DNA of 64,000 nucleotides, from positions 864,001-928,000 of the forward strand of contig CBDCNP010000002.1 of NCBI GenBank assembly GCA_965219415.1, read 5' to 3'. Made by a program: the position numbers and the translations under genes. This DNA comes from Candidatus Marinacidobacterales bacterium (GTDB lineage Bacteria > Acidobacteriota > Vicinamibacteria > Marinacidobacterales > DATDRI01). Positions 31,951 through 42,418 of the stretch are shown here, in pieces. The notes beneath the pieces are model-generated. The model had not been told where the DNA came from and made no database searches. It saw nothing but the letters and a program-made list of their open reading frames with translations. Every line of letters starts with the position of its first letter. Within the stretch, counting starts at the first letter, position 1.

Positions 31951-32507
31951 CTAAAACTTCCGCCGCTTCTTCTTGTTCAGCCCCAGCGCATCCCTGAGCA
32001 TGATCTCGTCTCGGTATAGCCCTCCCGACGCGCCATCATCATGGGGGTCAGTCCCCTTCTTTCGATCCTGGGGTTGGCGCCCGCGTCCAGAAGCGCCCTC
32101 ACGATCTGGGGACGGCGTTCCATTGTGGCAAGCACCAGCGCCGAGGAATCATCCTCGTTCTTGAGGTTCTTGTGCGCCCCCACCTCTAGCAAGACTTGGA
32201 GCGCGTCAAGATGGCCCCAGAGGGCTGCCATCATCAAGGAAGTCGTGCCGGAGCTCGTCTTGCTATTGACGTCGGCACCCCCCTCGATCGGTGTATGGAC
32301 CACCGTCGCATCGCCCGTTCCGGCCGCGACATGCAATGCCGTCGAGCCGTTCTCGTCCCGAAGGTTCGGGTCTGCGCCGTCTTCCAAGAGGCCGCGTATC
32401 TCGTCGGCGTCACCTTGTTTCGAGGCCTCGATCAAGGCGGTGTTGGGATCTCCCTGACAGCCTGCAAAAGCGGTTATGAAGCTTGCGAGCAGCGCGTTAC
32501 GGAGCAT
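31951..32507 (-). CDS. Ankyrin-repeat lipoprotein (frameshift in last residues)
   Basis: Lipobox FAGC; repeats GSTALHVAA, GTTSLMMAA, GLTPMMMA; final helix continues in another frame. Confidence 0.85.
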
Positions 32508-32585
32508 GTCATCTAATGTACAGGCAGGCACGCGGAACGCCACAAGGTCGAACCTGCACACTTTTAGATCAGACCCTTGCTATAT

Positions 32586-33353
32586 TTAGGAAGCTGCCTC
32601 GCCGAGCCCGGTAACAATGTAAGTACCGCTTCTCTTGTCCTTGCTGATCTTGATGAGGTCTTGCCGCGCCGCGTCCTCAAGCAACTCGTTGAACCGACTG
32701 TAGCCGTAATAGGACTCGCTGAAGGATGGATTCTTTCGCTTGAGGGTCTGCTTGACCATCGAGCCCCAGATGACTTCTTTGTTTTCGCGCTCGAGCGCTT
32801 CGATGGCGCCTAAGACCAGCTTGAAGCATTCCTGCTTCTTCTTTGGGAGCTTGGCCATGCCTGGAAGTGTGCGAGGCATTTGCCGGACGAGATCATCGTA
32901 GTAAATAAACTCGTCACAATTCGACGCCAAAAGATCAGAGGTGGAGTTTTTGACACCCACCCCGATCACCGTCTTGTCGTTTTCCTTGAGCTTGGATACC
33001 AAGGGGACGAAATCGCTGTCCCCCGAGGCGATCACGAAGTAGTTGACGTGCTCTTTGGAGTAAGACAGGTCGATGGCGTCGACCACCATCTTGATGTCGG
33101 CGCTGTTCTTGCCGCTGTAACGTCGTTGCGGGATGTCGATGAGCTCGATGCCCGCTTCGTGGAAGGGACGCTTGAAGTCTCGATAGCTGCCCCAATCGGC
33201 ATAGGCCTTTTTGACGATGATCTTGCCCTTTTCCACCAGCCGCTCCAGGATCCGGCCGATCTCGAAGCCTTTGCCTTTGGGCTTCGAATCCCTCACCCCG
33301 AGGGCAATGTTCTCAAGGTCGACGAAGAGGGCAAGCTTTGGTTCTTCTGCCAT
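32586..33353 (-). CDS. NYN-domain (LabA/DUF88) protein with C-terminal OST-HTH/LOTUS domain
   Basis: FVDLENI, KNSADIKMVVDA, SGDSDF, CDEFIYYD, FSESYYGYSRF. Confidence 0.92.
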   Translation of the reverse strand: MAEEPKLALFVDLENIALGVRDSKPKGKGFEIGRILERLVEKGKIIVKKAYADWGSYRDFKRPFHEAGIELIDIPQRRYSGKNSADIKMVVDAIDLSYSKEHVNYFVIASGDSDFVPLVSKLKENDKTVIGVGVKNSTSDLLASNCDEFIYYDDLVRQMPRTLPGMAKLPKKKQECFKLVLGAIEALERENKEVIWGSMVKQTLKRKNPSFSESYYGYSRFNELLEDAARQDLIKISKDKRSGTYIVTGLGEAAS

Positions 33354-33426
33354 GGGAAACCGTGGGGCCTACTCTATTACAGCGAGGCCAATGGAGCTAG
33401 TGGTAAAGGAAGGGAGCGTCAGGCTG

Positions 33427-34434
33427 TCAGGCTGTGCCCAGCTCGTCGCGAGATTTGTCGTGGCGTCGCTTCAGCTCGCCGTTCCACGGCGGCGTCACGA
33501 GAGTCACGTCTCCCTCGCACTGGGTTTGACAAGCAAGGCGAATCAGTGGCTTCGAGTCGTCGGCTCCGTTGATCGCGTCGTATCCAAAGTAGTTCAACCG
33601 CTCTTTCTCAAAATCGGAAATGTCGGTCAAGTTGCTGTTCCCCTGAATCACGCCGACCCAACAGTATCCGCAAGATGCGACGCGACACTCAACCGGGATG
33701 GGTCCATCGATGCAGCGATAGTCCATCGCCCGGTAGTCGCGCGAGTCGGTCGCCGCCGCCATGGCCAGGTCCTGCCCGTGTCGGGCTTCGAAGAACGCGT
33801 CTGCCTTGCTCTCGTCCCAAACCACCCGATAGCTTTGGCCCAACCCCTTCAGGTATCCGATCACCCCTCCCCCACTCTTCTTTCCGCGCTTCTTAACAAC
33901 TCCGTCAGGAGTGTGGGATGTCCGATCTTTGCGAGCGGGGGGAGCGGGCTTTTCGGCAGCTGCAGCAAAGGCTTTCATCCCCACTTGCTGCAGGATCATG
34001 AACGCGACCGCGCTAATGCCGACAACGATAGATTCCTGGGTCTTTTCCTGGGACGCCACACCGCCCGACACTTCTCGAATGCGCTCTTCTAAGCTTTTGC
34101 CCTCGGGTTTGTCGTAGCCCTCGGCATGCGCAAGGACCGCTTTCTTGACCGCCGGCCAATACCGCGAGCCGTAGAGAAAATCCACGGACTCGTCGATCTG
34201 TTCGCCGAGCCGCCACTTCCCCTCCAGATCCATCACGCGGGCCATCTCCCCGAAGCCGGAAGACTCACCGAGCGACTCGTTGAGCTCGAGAGGCCAGAAG
34301 CCGAACCAGATGCGAGTGGCGGTCTGGTCGACGGGATGGATAGAAGGAACGAGGCTACTCAATATTTCGTTCCAGGTCTGCTGATTGTGTTCTTGTAGGA
34401 AGGAAACGAATCGATTCTTTTCTTTGACGCTCAT
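33427..34434 (-). CDS. Protein with unknown N-terminal domain and C-terminal 2Fe-2S ferredoxin domain
   Basis: IPVECRVASCGYCWV ... RLACQ ferredoxin signature. Confidence 0.8.
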   Translation of the reverse strand: MSVKEKNRFVSFLQEHNQQTWNEILSSLVPSIHPVDQTATRIWFGFWPLELNESLGESSGFGEMARVMDLEGKWRLGEQIDESVDFLYGSRYWPAVKKAVLAHAEGYDKPEGKSLEERIREVSGGVASQEKTQESIVVGISAVAFMILQQVGMKAFAAAAEKPAPPARKDRTSHTPDGVVKKRGKKSGGGVIGYLKGLGQSYRVVWDESKADAFFEARHGQDLAMAAATDSRDYRAMDYRCIDGPIPVECRVASCGYCWVGVIQGNSNLTDISDFEKERLNYFGYDAINGADDSKPLIRLACQTQCEGDVTLVTPPWNGELKRRHDKSRDELGTA

Positions 34435-34620
34435 GGACTTCTTCGAAAACTCCTTAGGGGGGGAAACTTCCCCGAGAGGCTACATCCTAGCACAACGGAT
34501 TCTTGACCTCCCGCCAGTGTTGCGGCGAGCACACAATAATGTAGAGTAGGGGGTCCGCCGCAAGCCCGCGGCAAGCCCGCTTTAGACGACCGAAAGCGTC
34601 GAGAAAGGAGAACCTCTAGC

Positions 34621-35226
34621 ATGAACATGTATCTCAAAATCTTGGCCCACCCGGTGTTTACCGATCTCGGCTTCCACATGCCCATGATCATAGATCTGTC
34701 TCACCCTCTGATCCTGCTGCAGGGAGAGAACGCATCCGGGAAGTCGACACTGCTCCAATCGTTGTACATGGCTTTCAGGGGGGAGCAGACCGACGGGTAC
34801 GTCTACAAGGCCGAGCTCGAGGGCATCCATGCCAAGGAGACCTTCTTGTTCGACGCCGAGCAGCACAACCCGCGGAACCAACTCGGCTTCTTCGAAAACC
34901 AGCCGGCGATGAAGGAGTTCCTTGAAATGGCGAGTCATGGCCAAGTGATGTTGACTCTTTTCAAGGAGAGCTTTCCCAAGTTGCCGGAAGGCACAGTACT
35001 CCTCCTCGACGAACCCGAAATGGCACTTTCGACATCCAATCAGAGGCGCGTGCTCAAGATGCTCTTGGAGCTCGTCGACCAGAAGAATTTCCGAATCATC
35101 GCCGCCACCCACTCCCCGACCCTGATCGAGGCCAATGAGACATACGTGATCAATCTGGATAACCACATCAATAAGAACGTGATCCCCAGCGACATGGGAG
35201 TCGAAGGACATAGCACGCTGCATTAG
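34621..35226 (+). CDS. Stand-alone ABC/AAA_21-type ATPase
   Basis: Walker A GENASGKST, SHGQ signature, Walker B LLLDEPE, ATHSP. Confidence 0.85.
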   Translation: MNMYLKILAHPVFTDLGFHMPMIIDLSHPLILLQGENASGKSTLLQSLYMAFRGEQTDGYVYKAELEGIHAKETFLFDAEQHNPRNQLGFFENQPAMKEFLEMASHGQVMLTLFKESFPKLPEGTVLLLDEPEMALSTSNQRRVLKMLLELVDQKNFRIIAATHSPTLIEANETYVINLDNHINKNVIPSDMGVEGHSTLH

Positions 35227-35556
35227 CTGCACCCATAACTCGAGTTAATACAAGCAATTGCGGGCTTACCGCTCGGTCGCGGGGAATCCCCGACGGCTTT
35301 AAAAGGTTGTAAACAAAGCGCTTCTTTGGCTGGGGAACCGACTTCCCGACCATTGGGGACCATTCGATGGTCCCGAGGGCCATTACAGTCCGGATTCCGG
35401 CTAGTTCGTTGATTTCTGGTAGCTTGCGCGGTTCGACTCCCCTATTTTGTATCGCGTGTCGATTCATTTGTTCGTTTATGTTGGTGGGAGGATACAACTT
35501 ATTTCTCAGACTCCCCCAACCATAACCGCCCTATAACCGAAGAGGTGGAGTTTCTC

Positions 35557-37614
35557 ATGCATCGACCGGTCAAGTACGTTGAAAAGGCTGTCACCTACGT
35601 CGCAAACGGTGCGTGGTTCGTCTTCGAGAGACTGAACCGCGTCCGTCCCAGGCCCTCGTTCACACCTAAGTGGTCGGACAAACCGCTGCAGAAGTCGTGG
35701 CAGAAGACCAAGCCAACTCTGGGCTGGCCCCGGACAACGGACTCCTTGTGTCCGAAGTGCATCCCGGAGGCGCGGGACCAGATCATCAACGGCGATGCGG
35801 ACTACAAAGTCTTCATCAACGAGAAGGTCGGAGAGATCAAGGCTCAGATCATCGAGCGTGACGGGAACATCATGATGGTCAAGGACTGCCCGCGGCACGG
35901 GCACTTCGAGGACCTCATGGCCATCGATACCGATTTCTTCGCGCACCTCGAGAAGACGTTCCCCGGTCGGGACATCCGCGCCCACAACGACTCCAAGCTT
36001 CACAATCACGGCAGCAGCACCATCAAGCACGGCCGGGGGTCGATCCTCACTATCGACCTTACCAACCGCTGCAACATGATGTGTGATCCTTGCTTCATGG
36101 ACGCCAACCAGGTCGGCTTTGTCCACGAGCTCACATGGGATGACGTGAAACAGCTCCTCGACAATGCCATGACCATCAAGCCCAAGCGCCAGATGTCGGT
36201 GCAGTTCTCGGGTGGCGAGCCTACGATGTCCCCGTATTTCCTCGATGCGGTTCGTTACGCAAGGAAAGTAGGCTACATCAGCACCCAGGCAGCAACCAAC
36301 GGGATCGAGTTCGCCAAGAGCACGACGTTTTGCCGAGAGGCCGCAGAGGCCGGCTTGCGCTACGCGTACCTGCAGTTCGACGGTATCGGAAACGCCGCCA
36401 ACTCGCACCGTCGCGTCGGCAACCTCTTCGACGTGAAGCTCCAGGCGATCGAGAACCTGTACTCCAACGGCGTCGACATCGTACCGGTCATCACCCTCAT
36501 CAACGGTATCAACAACGAGCAAGTCGGTTCGGTGGTCCGGTTTGCGCTGGATAACCCCAAGAAGATCCCGTTCCTCTCGTTCCAACCGGTGTCCTTCACC
36601 GGTCGCGACGAGGCGATCACCCCGGCGCGGCGCATGGCGCAACGCTACACGCTGTCTCACCTCGCACACGACGTGAAGAACCAGACCGGACTCGGCGAGC
36701 CGGCGCGCGATTGGTTCCCGATTTCGTTCCTAGGAACCTTCTCCGACTGGGCGGACCTCGTTCACGGTCCGGAAAAAGATTGGGGCCAGTTCGCCTGCGG
36801 CTGCCACCCGAACTGCGGCGTGGGCATGGCGGTCATGGTCGACAAGGAAACCAAGGAGCGGGTACCGGTCACGGCGTTCTTGAATGCCGATCGGCTATCC
36901 ACGGATATCGCCACCCTGAATGACGCGGCGCGAGGAAAGTTCTGGTCGGCTTTCGGCATGGCGTTGTCGGTGACGCGAAACTACGATTCGTTCAAGTCCC
37001 CGACCCACTTCACGCTCAAGGCCTTCCTCGAGAAGTTCGACAAGACCTACAACGTGACCGGAAAGAACTACGGCAAGGTCACCGGCGACCGGACCATGGC
37101 GGACATCGAGAAGCGGCGTGCCGACCGGTGGAACTTCCTGTTCATCGCCGGCATGTGGTTCCAGGATCTGTTCAACTACGACTTCCGTCGCACCGAGCAG
37201 TGCATCATCCCTTATGCCACGCAGGAAGGCGAGATCTCCTTCTGTGCCTACAACACTGGCGTTGGCTGGCGTCAGATCATCGAGAAGATGCATCAGACGG
37301 CAACCATCCACAAATGGTATGAGGAGCGCGGCCGACATCTCATCTACGCCGGCGGCAAGGAAGTCGATCTGCCATCCAATGGGCACTCTCTCGTGCTAAA
37401 CCAGACCGACGTCGATCACGGTGTGCAAACCGATCTCGACGAGAAGGGTATCGCCAAGAATGCTCGCGACGAGAAGCGGCAGGCCCGTGACGCGCAGCTG
37501 GTCAAGACGCCTGAGGACGAGCGGATGGCAAAGCTCTACGAGGAAGTAGTCCTCAAACAGACGCCGAGCACACCGCAACAAGACATCGTGAAGATCGATC
37601 AGATCGACGTCTAA
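35557..37614 (+). CDS. tes: Radical SAM protein, tetraether lipid synthase (Tes/GDGT-MAS, MJ0619 family) homolog
   Basis: SLCPKC..KDCPRHG, DLTNRCNMMCDPCF, QFSGGEPT, ATNGI, YLQFDG, FQPVSFTGR, HPNCG, MWFQDLFNYD..CIIPYAT..FCAYN; RBS GAGGTGGAG. Confidence 0.8.
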   Translation: MHRPVKYVEKAVTYVANGAWFVFERLNRVRPRPSFTPKWSDKPLQKSWQKTKPTLGWPRTTDSLCPKCIPEARDQIINGDADYKVFINEKVGEIKAQIIERDGNIMMVKDCPRHGHFEDLMAIDTDFFAHLEKTFPGRDIRAHNDSKLHNHGSSTIKHGRGSILTIDLTNRCNMMCDPCFMDANQVGFVHELTWDDVKQLLDNAMTIKPKRQMSVQFSGGEPTMSPYFLDAVRYARKVGYISTQAATNGIEFAKSTTFCREAAEAGLRYAYLQFDGIGNAANSHRRVGNLFDVKLQAIENLYSNGVDIVPVITLINGINNEQVGSVVRFALDNPKKIPFLSFQPVSFTGRDEAITPARRMAQRYTLSHLAHDVKNQTGLGEPARDWFPISFLGTFSDWADLVHGPEKDWGQFACGCHPNCGVGMAVMVDKETKERVPVTAFLNADRLSTDIATLNDAARGKFWSAFGMALSVTRNYDSFKSPTHFTLKAFLEKFDKTYNVTGKNYGKVTGDRTMADIEKRRADRWNFLFIAGMWFQDLFNYDFRRTEQCIIPYATQEGEISFCAYNTGVGWRQIIEKMHQTATIHKWYEERGRHLIYAGGKEVDLPSNGHSLVLNQTDVDHGVQTDLDEKGIAKNARDEKRQARDAQLVKTPEDERMAKLYEEVVLKQTPSTPQQDIVKIDQIDV

Positions 37615-37643
37615 ACAGCTCAACCAGGCAGTACCTCCTAGCA

Positions 37644-37680
37644 AGAAGAGCCCGCCGGAAACGGTGGGCTCTTCTATTTT
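37644..37680 (+). terminator. Rho-independent terminator
   Basis: AGAAGAGCCCGCCG-GAAA-CGGTGGGCTCTTCT followed by ATTTT, just after the radical SAM gene. Confidence 0.85.
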
Positions 37681-37714
37681 GCTTATCCCCTATGCTAACT
37701 TCTCTTTCGCACCT

Positions 37715-37753
37715 ATGAGCCTCTTTGATCGCCTCATCGCTTCTTCCCTTCCC
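37715..37753 (+). repeat. Copy of the first 13 codons of putB (direct repeat of 45532-45570)
   Basis: 35/39 nt identical with a 23-bp perfect core GATCGCCTCATCGCTTCTTCCCT; MSLFDRLIASSLP vs MSLLDRLIASSLP. Confidence 0.9.
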
Positions 37754-37850
37754 ACGAGGCGCCCGTCTTGTCCCGCCACCGCGCCAGCGTTAGGCGGCCG
37801 TCCGGCCAGCGTCTCAGGGGCGCCCACCCGGTTTCCGGTGCGCGCCCCCG

Positions 37851-37989
37851 GCAGAAAGAACGACGTCGGCATAGGCGGAATCGGCGGTGAGCTGCCGGCC
37901 GATGCAAACGACAAAATCCAACTGGAGAGAGTCTCGGAATGCGATAAGGCTCTCTCCCTTCAAGACGGCGTCCAGAAGCCCGCTGGCGT
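37851..37989 (-). pseudogene. Remnant of a second molybdopterin oxidoreductase copy
   Basis: ASGLLDAVLKGE and LDFVVCIGRQLTADSAYADVVL match 48498-48695 with the intervening ~20 codons deleted. Confidence 0.85.
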
Positions 37990-38198
37990 ATGTGGGGGGA
38001 TGTTGTTCGCGGCTTCCTTGCCTCCCAAAGCCTGCGAGAGAGTCTCCAGATACTGGGTTCAACCATCCCGTTCTCCCCACTTCTCGAACGGAAACCAGAA
38101 AATGTAGGTCGGGCCCCCTCGACGACTTTCTTCACGAAGTCTTCGAATTGAGGGGCCGCGGTGGGGCCGATCTCGAGCCCCTTCGTCCTGCCTTGTTG

Positions 38199-38629
38199 TC
38201 AGCCCATGCTCGAAAGAAGCCCGCCGAGAGCGCCCTCGAGCGAGCTCGACTGCGGCACTTCGCCTTTCGGTGTGAGCTGATTGACGAGGGAAGGAAGCAC
38301 AGCGGCGAGCGCAGGTCCTGCCTCCGCCAGCCCGATCCCCGCCTTGCTCGCAAACTGACTTATCGTATCGTTGCCCAACACGCTCGCAAGCTGGTCCGCC
38401 CCGATCGACTCGTTCTTGCCCGAGCCCACCCAGGACGACATAACGCTGCCGAGACCTTCACATCGAACGCGCTCATGAGCCCGCTTAGACCTGCGTCGCC
38501 GCCAATCGATGAGTCTTTGGAGCTCAGCAGGGTCGCCGCGGCCGCGATGAGCTGCGGGTTCTTCGCCGCCATGCTTGCCATGCCCTCAAGGCCGCCCATG
38601 TTTTTCATTACGTCATCCACTAATCCCAT
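38199..38629 (-). pseudogene. YidB/DUF937 family protein, frameshift near 38455
   Basis: GLSGLMSAF..(GLG)SVMSSWVGSGKNESI..LPSLVNQLTPKGEVP; RBS GGAGG. Confidence 0.85.
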
Positions 38630-38885
38630 GATTTCCTCCTTTTCCTTGTGTTGTTTTCTTGTTGCGCTCAAAGCCGCCGATTATAGGAACCCGCCTTGGC
38701 TTTGAGCTTCGCCGTCTCGCGCCGCTACTCGGCTCCGTTCGTCTTGAGCGTCGACCGGGCGACGCTCCCCCAGTAGCACGAGTTGATCTCCCGCGTCAAG
38801 TTGCTGATGCGGGCGTGGTGGGTGGAGTGGTCCATGAAGAGAAAGTTCTGGACCAAGTGCGTGGTACCTGTTCACCCAAGTGGGT

Positions 38886-38941
38886 GGCACTTGGTGGCCT
38901 GGCGCTTGGTGGCGGCACTTGGTGGCCTGGCGCTTGGTGGC
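38886..38941. repeat. Perfect tandem duplication of 28 bp GGCACTTGGTGGCCTGGCGCTTGGTGGC
   Basis: Two exact copies, each made of GGCRCTTGGTGGC subunits. Confidence 0.9.
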
Positions 38942-39020
38942 GCTGGTAGCCGATTCACGGAGGGCGGTTCGGCAGGAATCGCCGCCTAGACCGGGGAAAC
39001 GCTCTTCTGTTCATGAGGTC

Positions 39021-40459
39021 CTAAGATCTCGAGAAATCGGGTTTCACTTTCAGCACGATCAGCGTCATATCATCGTCCGCGGGCCGTCCTCCGCTCCAAC
39101 GCTCGGCCTCGGCTACGAGATGCTCCACGACCTCCCTCGCGGCGCGTGGACCCGCTTTCTTCAGCACATCCTTCGCACGATCACGGCCGAACATCTCCCC
39201 CGCATCGTCGAAGAGCTCTACCAGTCCGTCCGACATGAGCACGACCGTGTCACCCGGCGATAGCGCGATGGCCTTTTTCTCGTACGGGACATCGACGTCC
39301 ACCCCGATCCCGAGCGGCAGGCCGCTCAAAGAAACCTCCTCCACCCGCTTTGACCCGCAACGACAAACCATGGCCGGTGGCATGCCGGCCCCAACTAGCT
39401 CGAGCCTGCCCTCCCGAAACCGGCCCGCCGCCAGAGCCATGTAAAGTTGGGGCGGCGCCACGCCTTCGAGCGCTCGCGCCGCCTTAGACAGCACCGTTTC
39501 GAGCCGACCTTCCTTGGAAAGAAGCTCGAACAGGCTCTTCATTGCGGTTACCAAAATGCCTGCTCGAGCTCTGTGCCCGGCCGCGTCGCCGATGACGAAC
39601 GTGAGCGCACCGGTCTCGTCCAAGTCGAAGTCGTAGTAGTCACCTCCGACCTCACTTGCGGTGAGCATGTAGGCTGCGATCTCCAGGTCTGGATGGTCGG
39701 GCAGAGTCGCCGGAAGCATCGAGAGCTGGAGCTCTCTCGCCTCCTCGAGCTCGCGCGACTTGCGTTCGTTCTCCTTTTCGAGAAAGCTCCGCTCGAGCTC
39801 GCTCCGCCGTTCCTCTTGCGCCTCGTAACGACGGCTGACGGTACGGGCCGCTATCGACGCTGGGACGCCAATCAACAGCCCCAGGATCAGGGCGACCGCG
39901 ACGAGAGCGATTCGCAACCTCTCAACCTCCCGTATACGCGCGCGGAGTTCTCATGCGACGAGACCGTCCATTTCGTGTTCGGCAGAGATGTGAAATGGAC
40001 GATCTCCGAAGGCATGCCGGCCCCGAAATGGAGTAACCCGCTGGCGCTCTCGCCGCCATGGATGAGCTCTTGCCATGGAACTTCGCCTCTTCCGCTGAAC
40101 TCACGGTCGAACGTGGCGTCCGGTTTTACGGACATGCCGAGCACGTCGAAGTCCGGGTGGCTCAGGTACTCCACGTCGTTCTGATCGATGAGACACACAT
40201 ACCCTCGGTCCGCCTGAGTGCCCTCGATCGCGTCCTGAAACTCTTCGATGACATCGGCACGGCTCGCGCCCGATGCCAAGCGATTCTGGAGAAAGCGGGA
40301 CATCGCGAGCGCCTGGCGGCGGTTCACGTCCGATTGAAGGCGAAAATAGCCTCGCTCCACGTACCTCACGATCACGGGCAGCGCTACGGCTCCGACGACG
40401 AAGAGAACGAGGAACACCGCCAAGAACGTGTATAGCGAAACGAGTTTGGGTCTTAGCAC
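39021..40459 (-). pseudogene. Membrane sensor (Cache-like) SpoIIE/PP2C phosphatase, frameshift near 39925
   Basis: TM-periplasmic (YLSHPD)-TM, then ARELQLSMLP, EVGGDYYD, IGDAAGH, MSDGLVE, DDMTL. Confidence 0.85.
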
Positions 40460-40701
40460 TGTTGGATTCGCCTCCGTCGGGCCAGTCGCTGTTGGAGTAT
40501 GCCGTGGATGCCGGCGTGAGTGTGCACCGTAGCCCTCCTCGCCGCCAACGGGCATCCCACCGCCTTAATGATGGCGAACAAAACAATGCGCTGCATGAAA
40601 TCATCTCCTTTTCGTCTTGTCAGGTCGTGCCGTTCCGACTGGCTGTAGCCGGACTCCGGTCGAACTGACTGACCGCTGCAACCGGAGGCGTGAAAGCCCC
40701 T

Positions 40702-41494
40702 CTATTGCCTAGGAAACAATCTCAAGCGTGGGAAAGTTCCCGCTGGTTCTATAGAGGGTAGGAACTGCGGTCCGCTGGCTGGGAGAGTCGCCTCGGTTCG
40801 TCTCCCGCTATTCAGGTGCCCCTCGTTGATGCGCACGTCGTCGAACCAAGCGATCGATGATGACTGGGTATCGTCGGTGTCCACGATGACGGCGATGGCT
40901 CCTGGCGAGCCTTCCGGGGGTCGACCGAATCCCATCTGAAAGTCGTCCCAAACGTCTCGCTGTTCGAGAATCCATTCGCCGCTCTTTTCGTTTCCGCGCT
41001 CGAGGACGATGGTGGCGACGTTGTCCAAATGAGGGCTTCGGAACACGGCCCCGACCGGCTCGCCGGCCGCCCAAACATAGCAGAGTCCCCGCGTGCTTCG
41101 ACTGAACGTGCCCGACCCAAAAGTGAGGAGAACGCGGGCCGCGTAATCGTCGCCGTCCTTCGAACGTTCGTTCCGGTTTGCTGTCAGGCTCGACGCGACT
41201 TTCCAACGCCAAGAGAGCTCGAGCGTTTTCCGAGGTTCGACATCGAGTAACCGAAAATGCCGACGCGGAAGCGTCGCTCGTTGCTCGCAGCACGCGTTCC
41301 CCGGAGTCAACAACCACATCGAAACGGGTGGACCGAGAGGCCAGCTTGCGGGTCATCCAGTTCTCGTCCCAGCCGGAGCGGAATCCACCGAAAAGATCGC
41401 GCGACTTGCTCTCCAACAGCTGGCCGAGAGCGAGAGACCCGAGGAGCGACACCAGGAGCGCGACGCGAACCAACCAGCGTGGTCGGATCAACAT
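40702..41494 (-). pseudogene. DUF3047 domain secreted protein, frameshift near 41255
   Basis: VLRATSDASAS.., LSWRWKV, DDYAARV, LCYVWA, DTDDT; 3' end uncertain. Confidence 0.8.
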
Positions 41495-41584
41495 CCTTAC
41501 CTCTCGACGAATTTCAGGGTGCAACGTTCTCTTTCGCCGATCTAGTCTCATGCGCAATTCTCCCTGACGGAGCTCTACCCACGG

Positions 41585-42418
41585 CTAAGCGGCGAGCGCC
41601 GCGAGAGCCTCCGGATTCCGAATCACGACGCGGCCGTCGACTAGCAGGACAAGTCCGCTCCTCTTTAGCTCAGACAACGTGATGTTCACCATCTCCCGGC
41701 TCATCCCGACAAGGTTGCCGAGCACCGACTGGGAAAGTTTCATGGGAAGTAGGATTCCTCGAGCGTCGTGAATCTCGTGGGTCTTGCCCAGCTGCAGCAG
41801 CAGCTCGGCAAGTCGCTGAGGTGCCTTCTTGTACGCGATGTCGAGAAGGCGTCTTTCGAGCAGGCTTTGCCGGTGCCCCAGGAGCTGCGCGAGCTTCAAT
41901 GCAACCTCGGACCTTTTCGTCAGGAGGGCGCGGAAACGGCTTGCTCGGACGACCCAAACGGCGGCACGCTCGAGCGCCTCGGTAAACGTTTCGCGTGGTT
42001 CCGAACGGAGAACCCCAGTCACCCCGAACAGGTGGCCGGCCCCCAGGATGTCGAGAATGAGCTCCTTGCCGTGTGTGGATAATCGGAAGACCTTGACCCT
42101 CCCTGAGGCCAAGAAGAAGGCGGCGTTGGAAGCGTCACCCGGTAAGTACAAGAACTCTCCCTCCTGGAAGACGCGCAGAAACGCTGCGCGCTCGATCTCG
42201 GCAAGATCAGCTGCGTCGAGACCTTCCATCAGGGCGAACTCACTCAAGCGTCTAGCACCTCTAGGATTCCCAGGCTCTCTGCAGTGAGGACCGCCACCAG
42301 CCACGGCGATGCCGGGCTGTACGCCGTCATGTTCGTTGTCGACGGTCGTTGTTAGGGAACGCCGGGACGATTCCATTAATCGTCGCTGCGACCTGCTTTT
42401 ATGATTGTCTGTAGTCAT
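41585..42418 (-). CDS. Crp/Fnr family transcriptional regulator (true start probably further downstream)
   Basis: cNMP domain ASGRVKV..GKELIL..GHLFG; HTH LSQSVLGNLVGMSREMVN. Confidence 0.88.
   Translation of the reverse strand: MTTDNHKSRSQRRLMESSRRSLTTTVDNEHDGVQPGIAVAGGGPHCREPGNPRGARRLSEFALMEGLDAADLAEIERAAFLRVFQEGEFLYLPGDASNAAFFLASGRVKVFRLSTHGKELILDILGAGHLFGVTGVLRSEPRETFTEALERAAVWVVRASRFRALLTKRSEVALKLAQLLGHRQSLLERRLLDIAYKKAPQRLAELLLQLGKTHEIHDARGILLPMKLSQSVLGNLVGMSREMVNITLSELKRSGLVLLVDGRVVIRNPEALAALAA

Noticed and set aside
32586-35226. NYN nuclease + ATPase as an anti-phage system
   Set aside because: The genes are on opposite strands and separated by the ferredoxin gene; both families are common stand-alone genes
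35405-35445. GGTTCGACTCC, tRNA T-arm-like motif
   Set aside because: No acceptor stem, D-arm or anticodon arm can be built and there is no CCA end
38886-38941. Possible CRISPR array
   Set aside because: Repeats are contiguous with no spacers, and there are no cas genes
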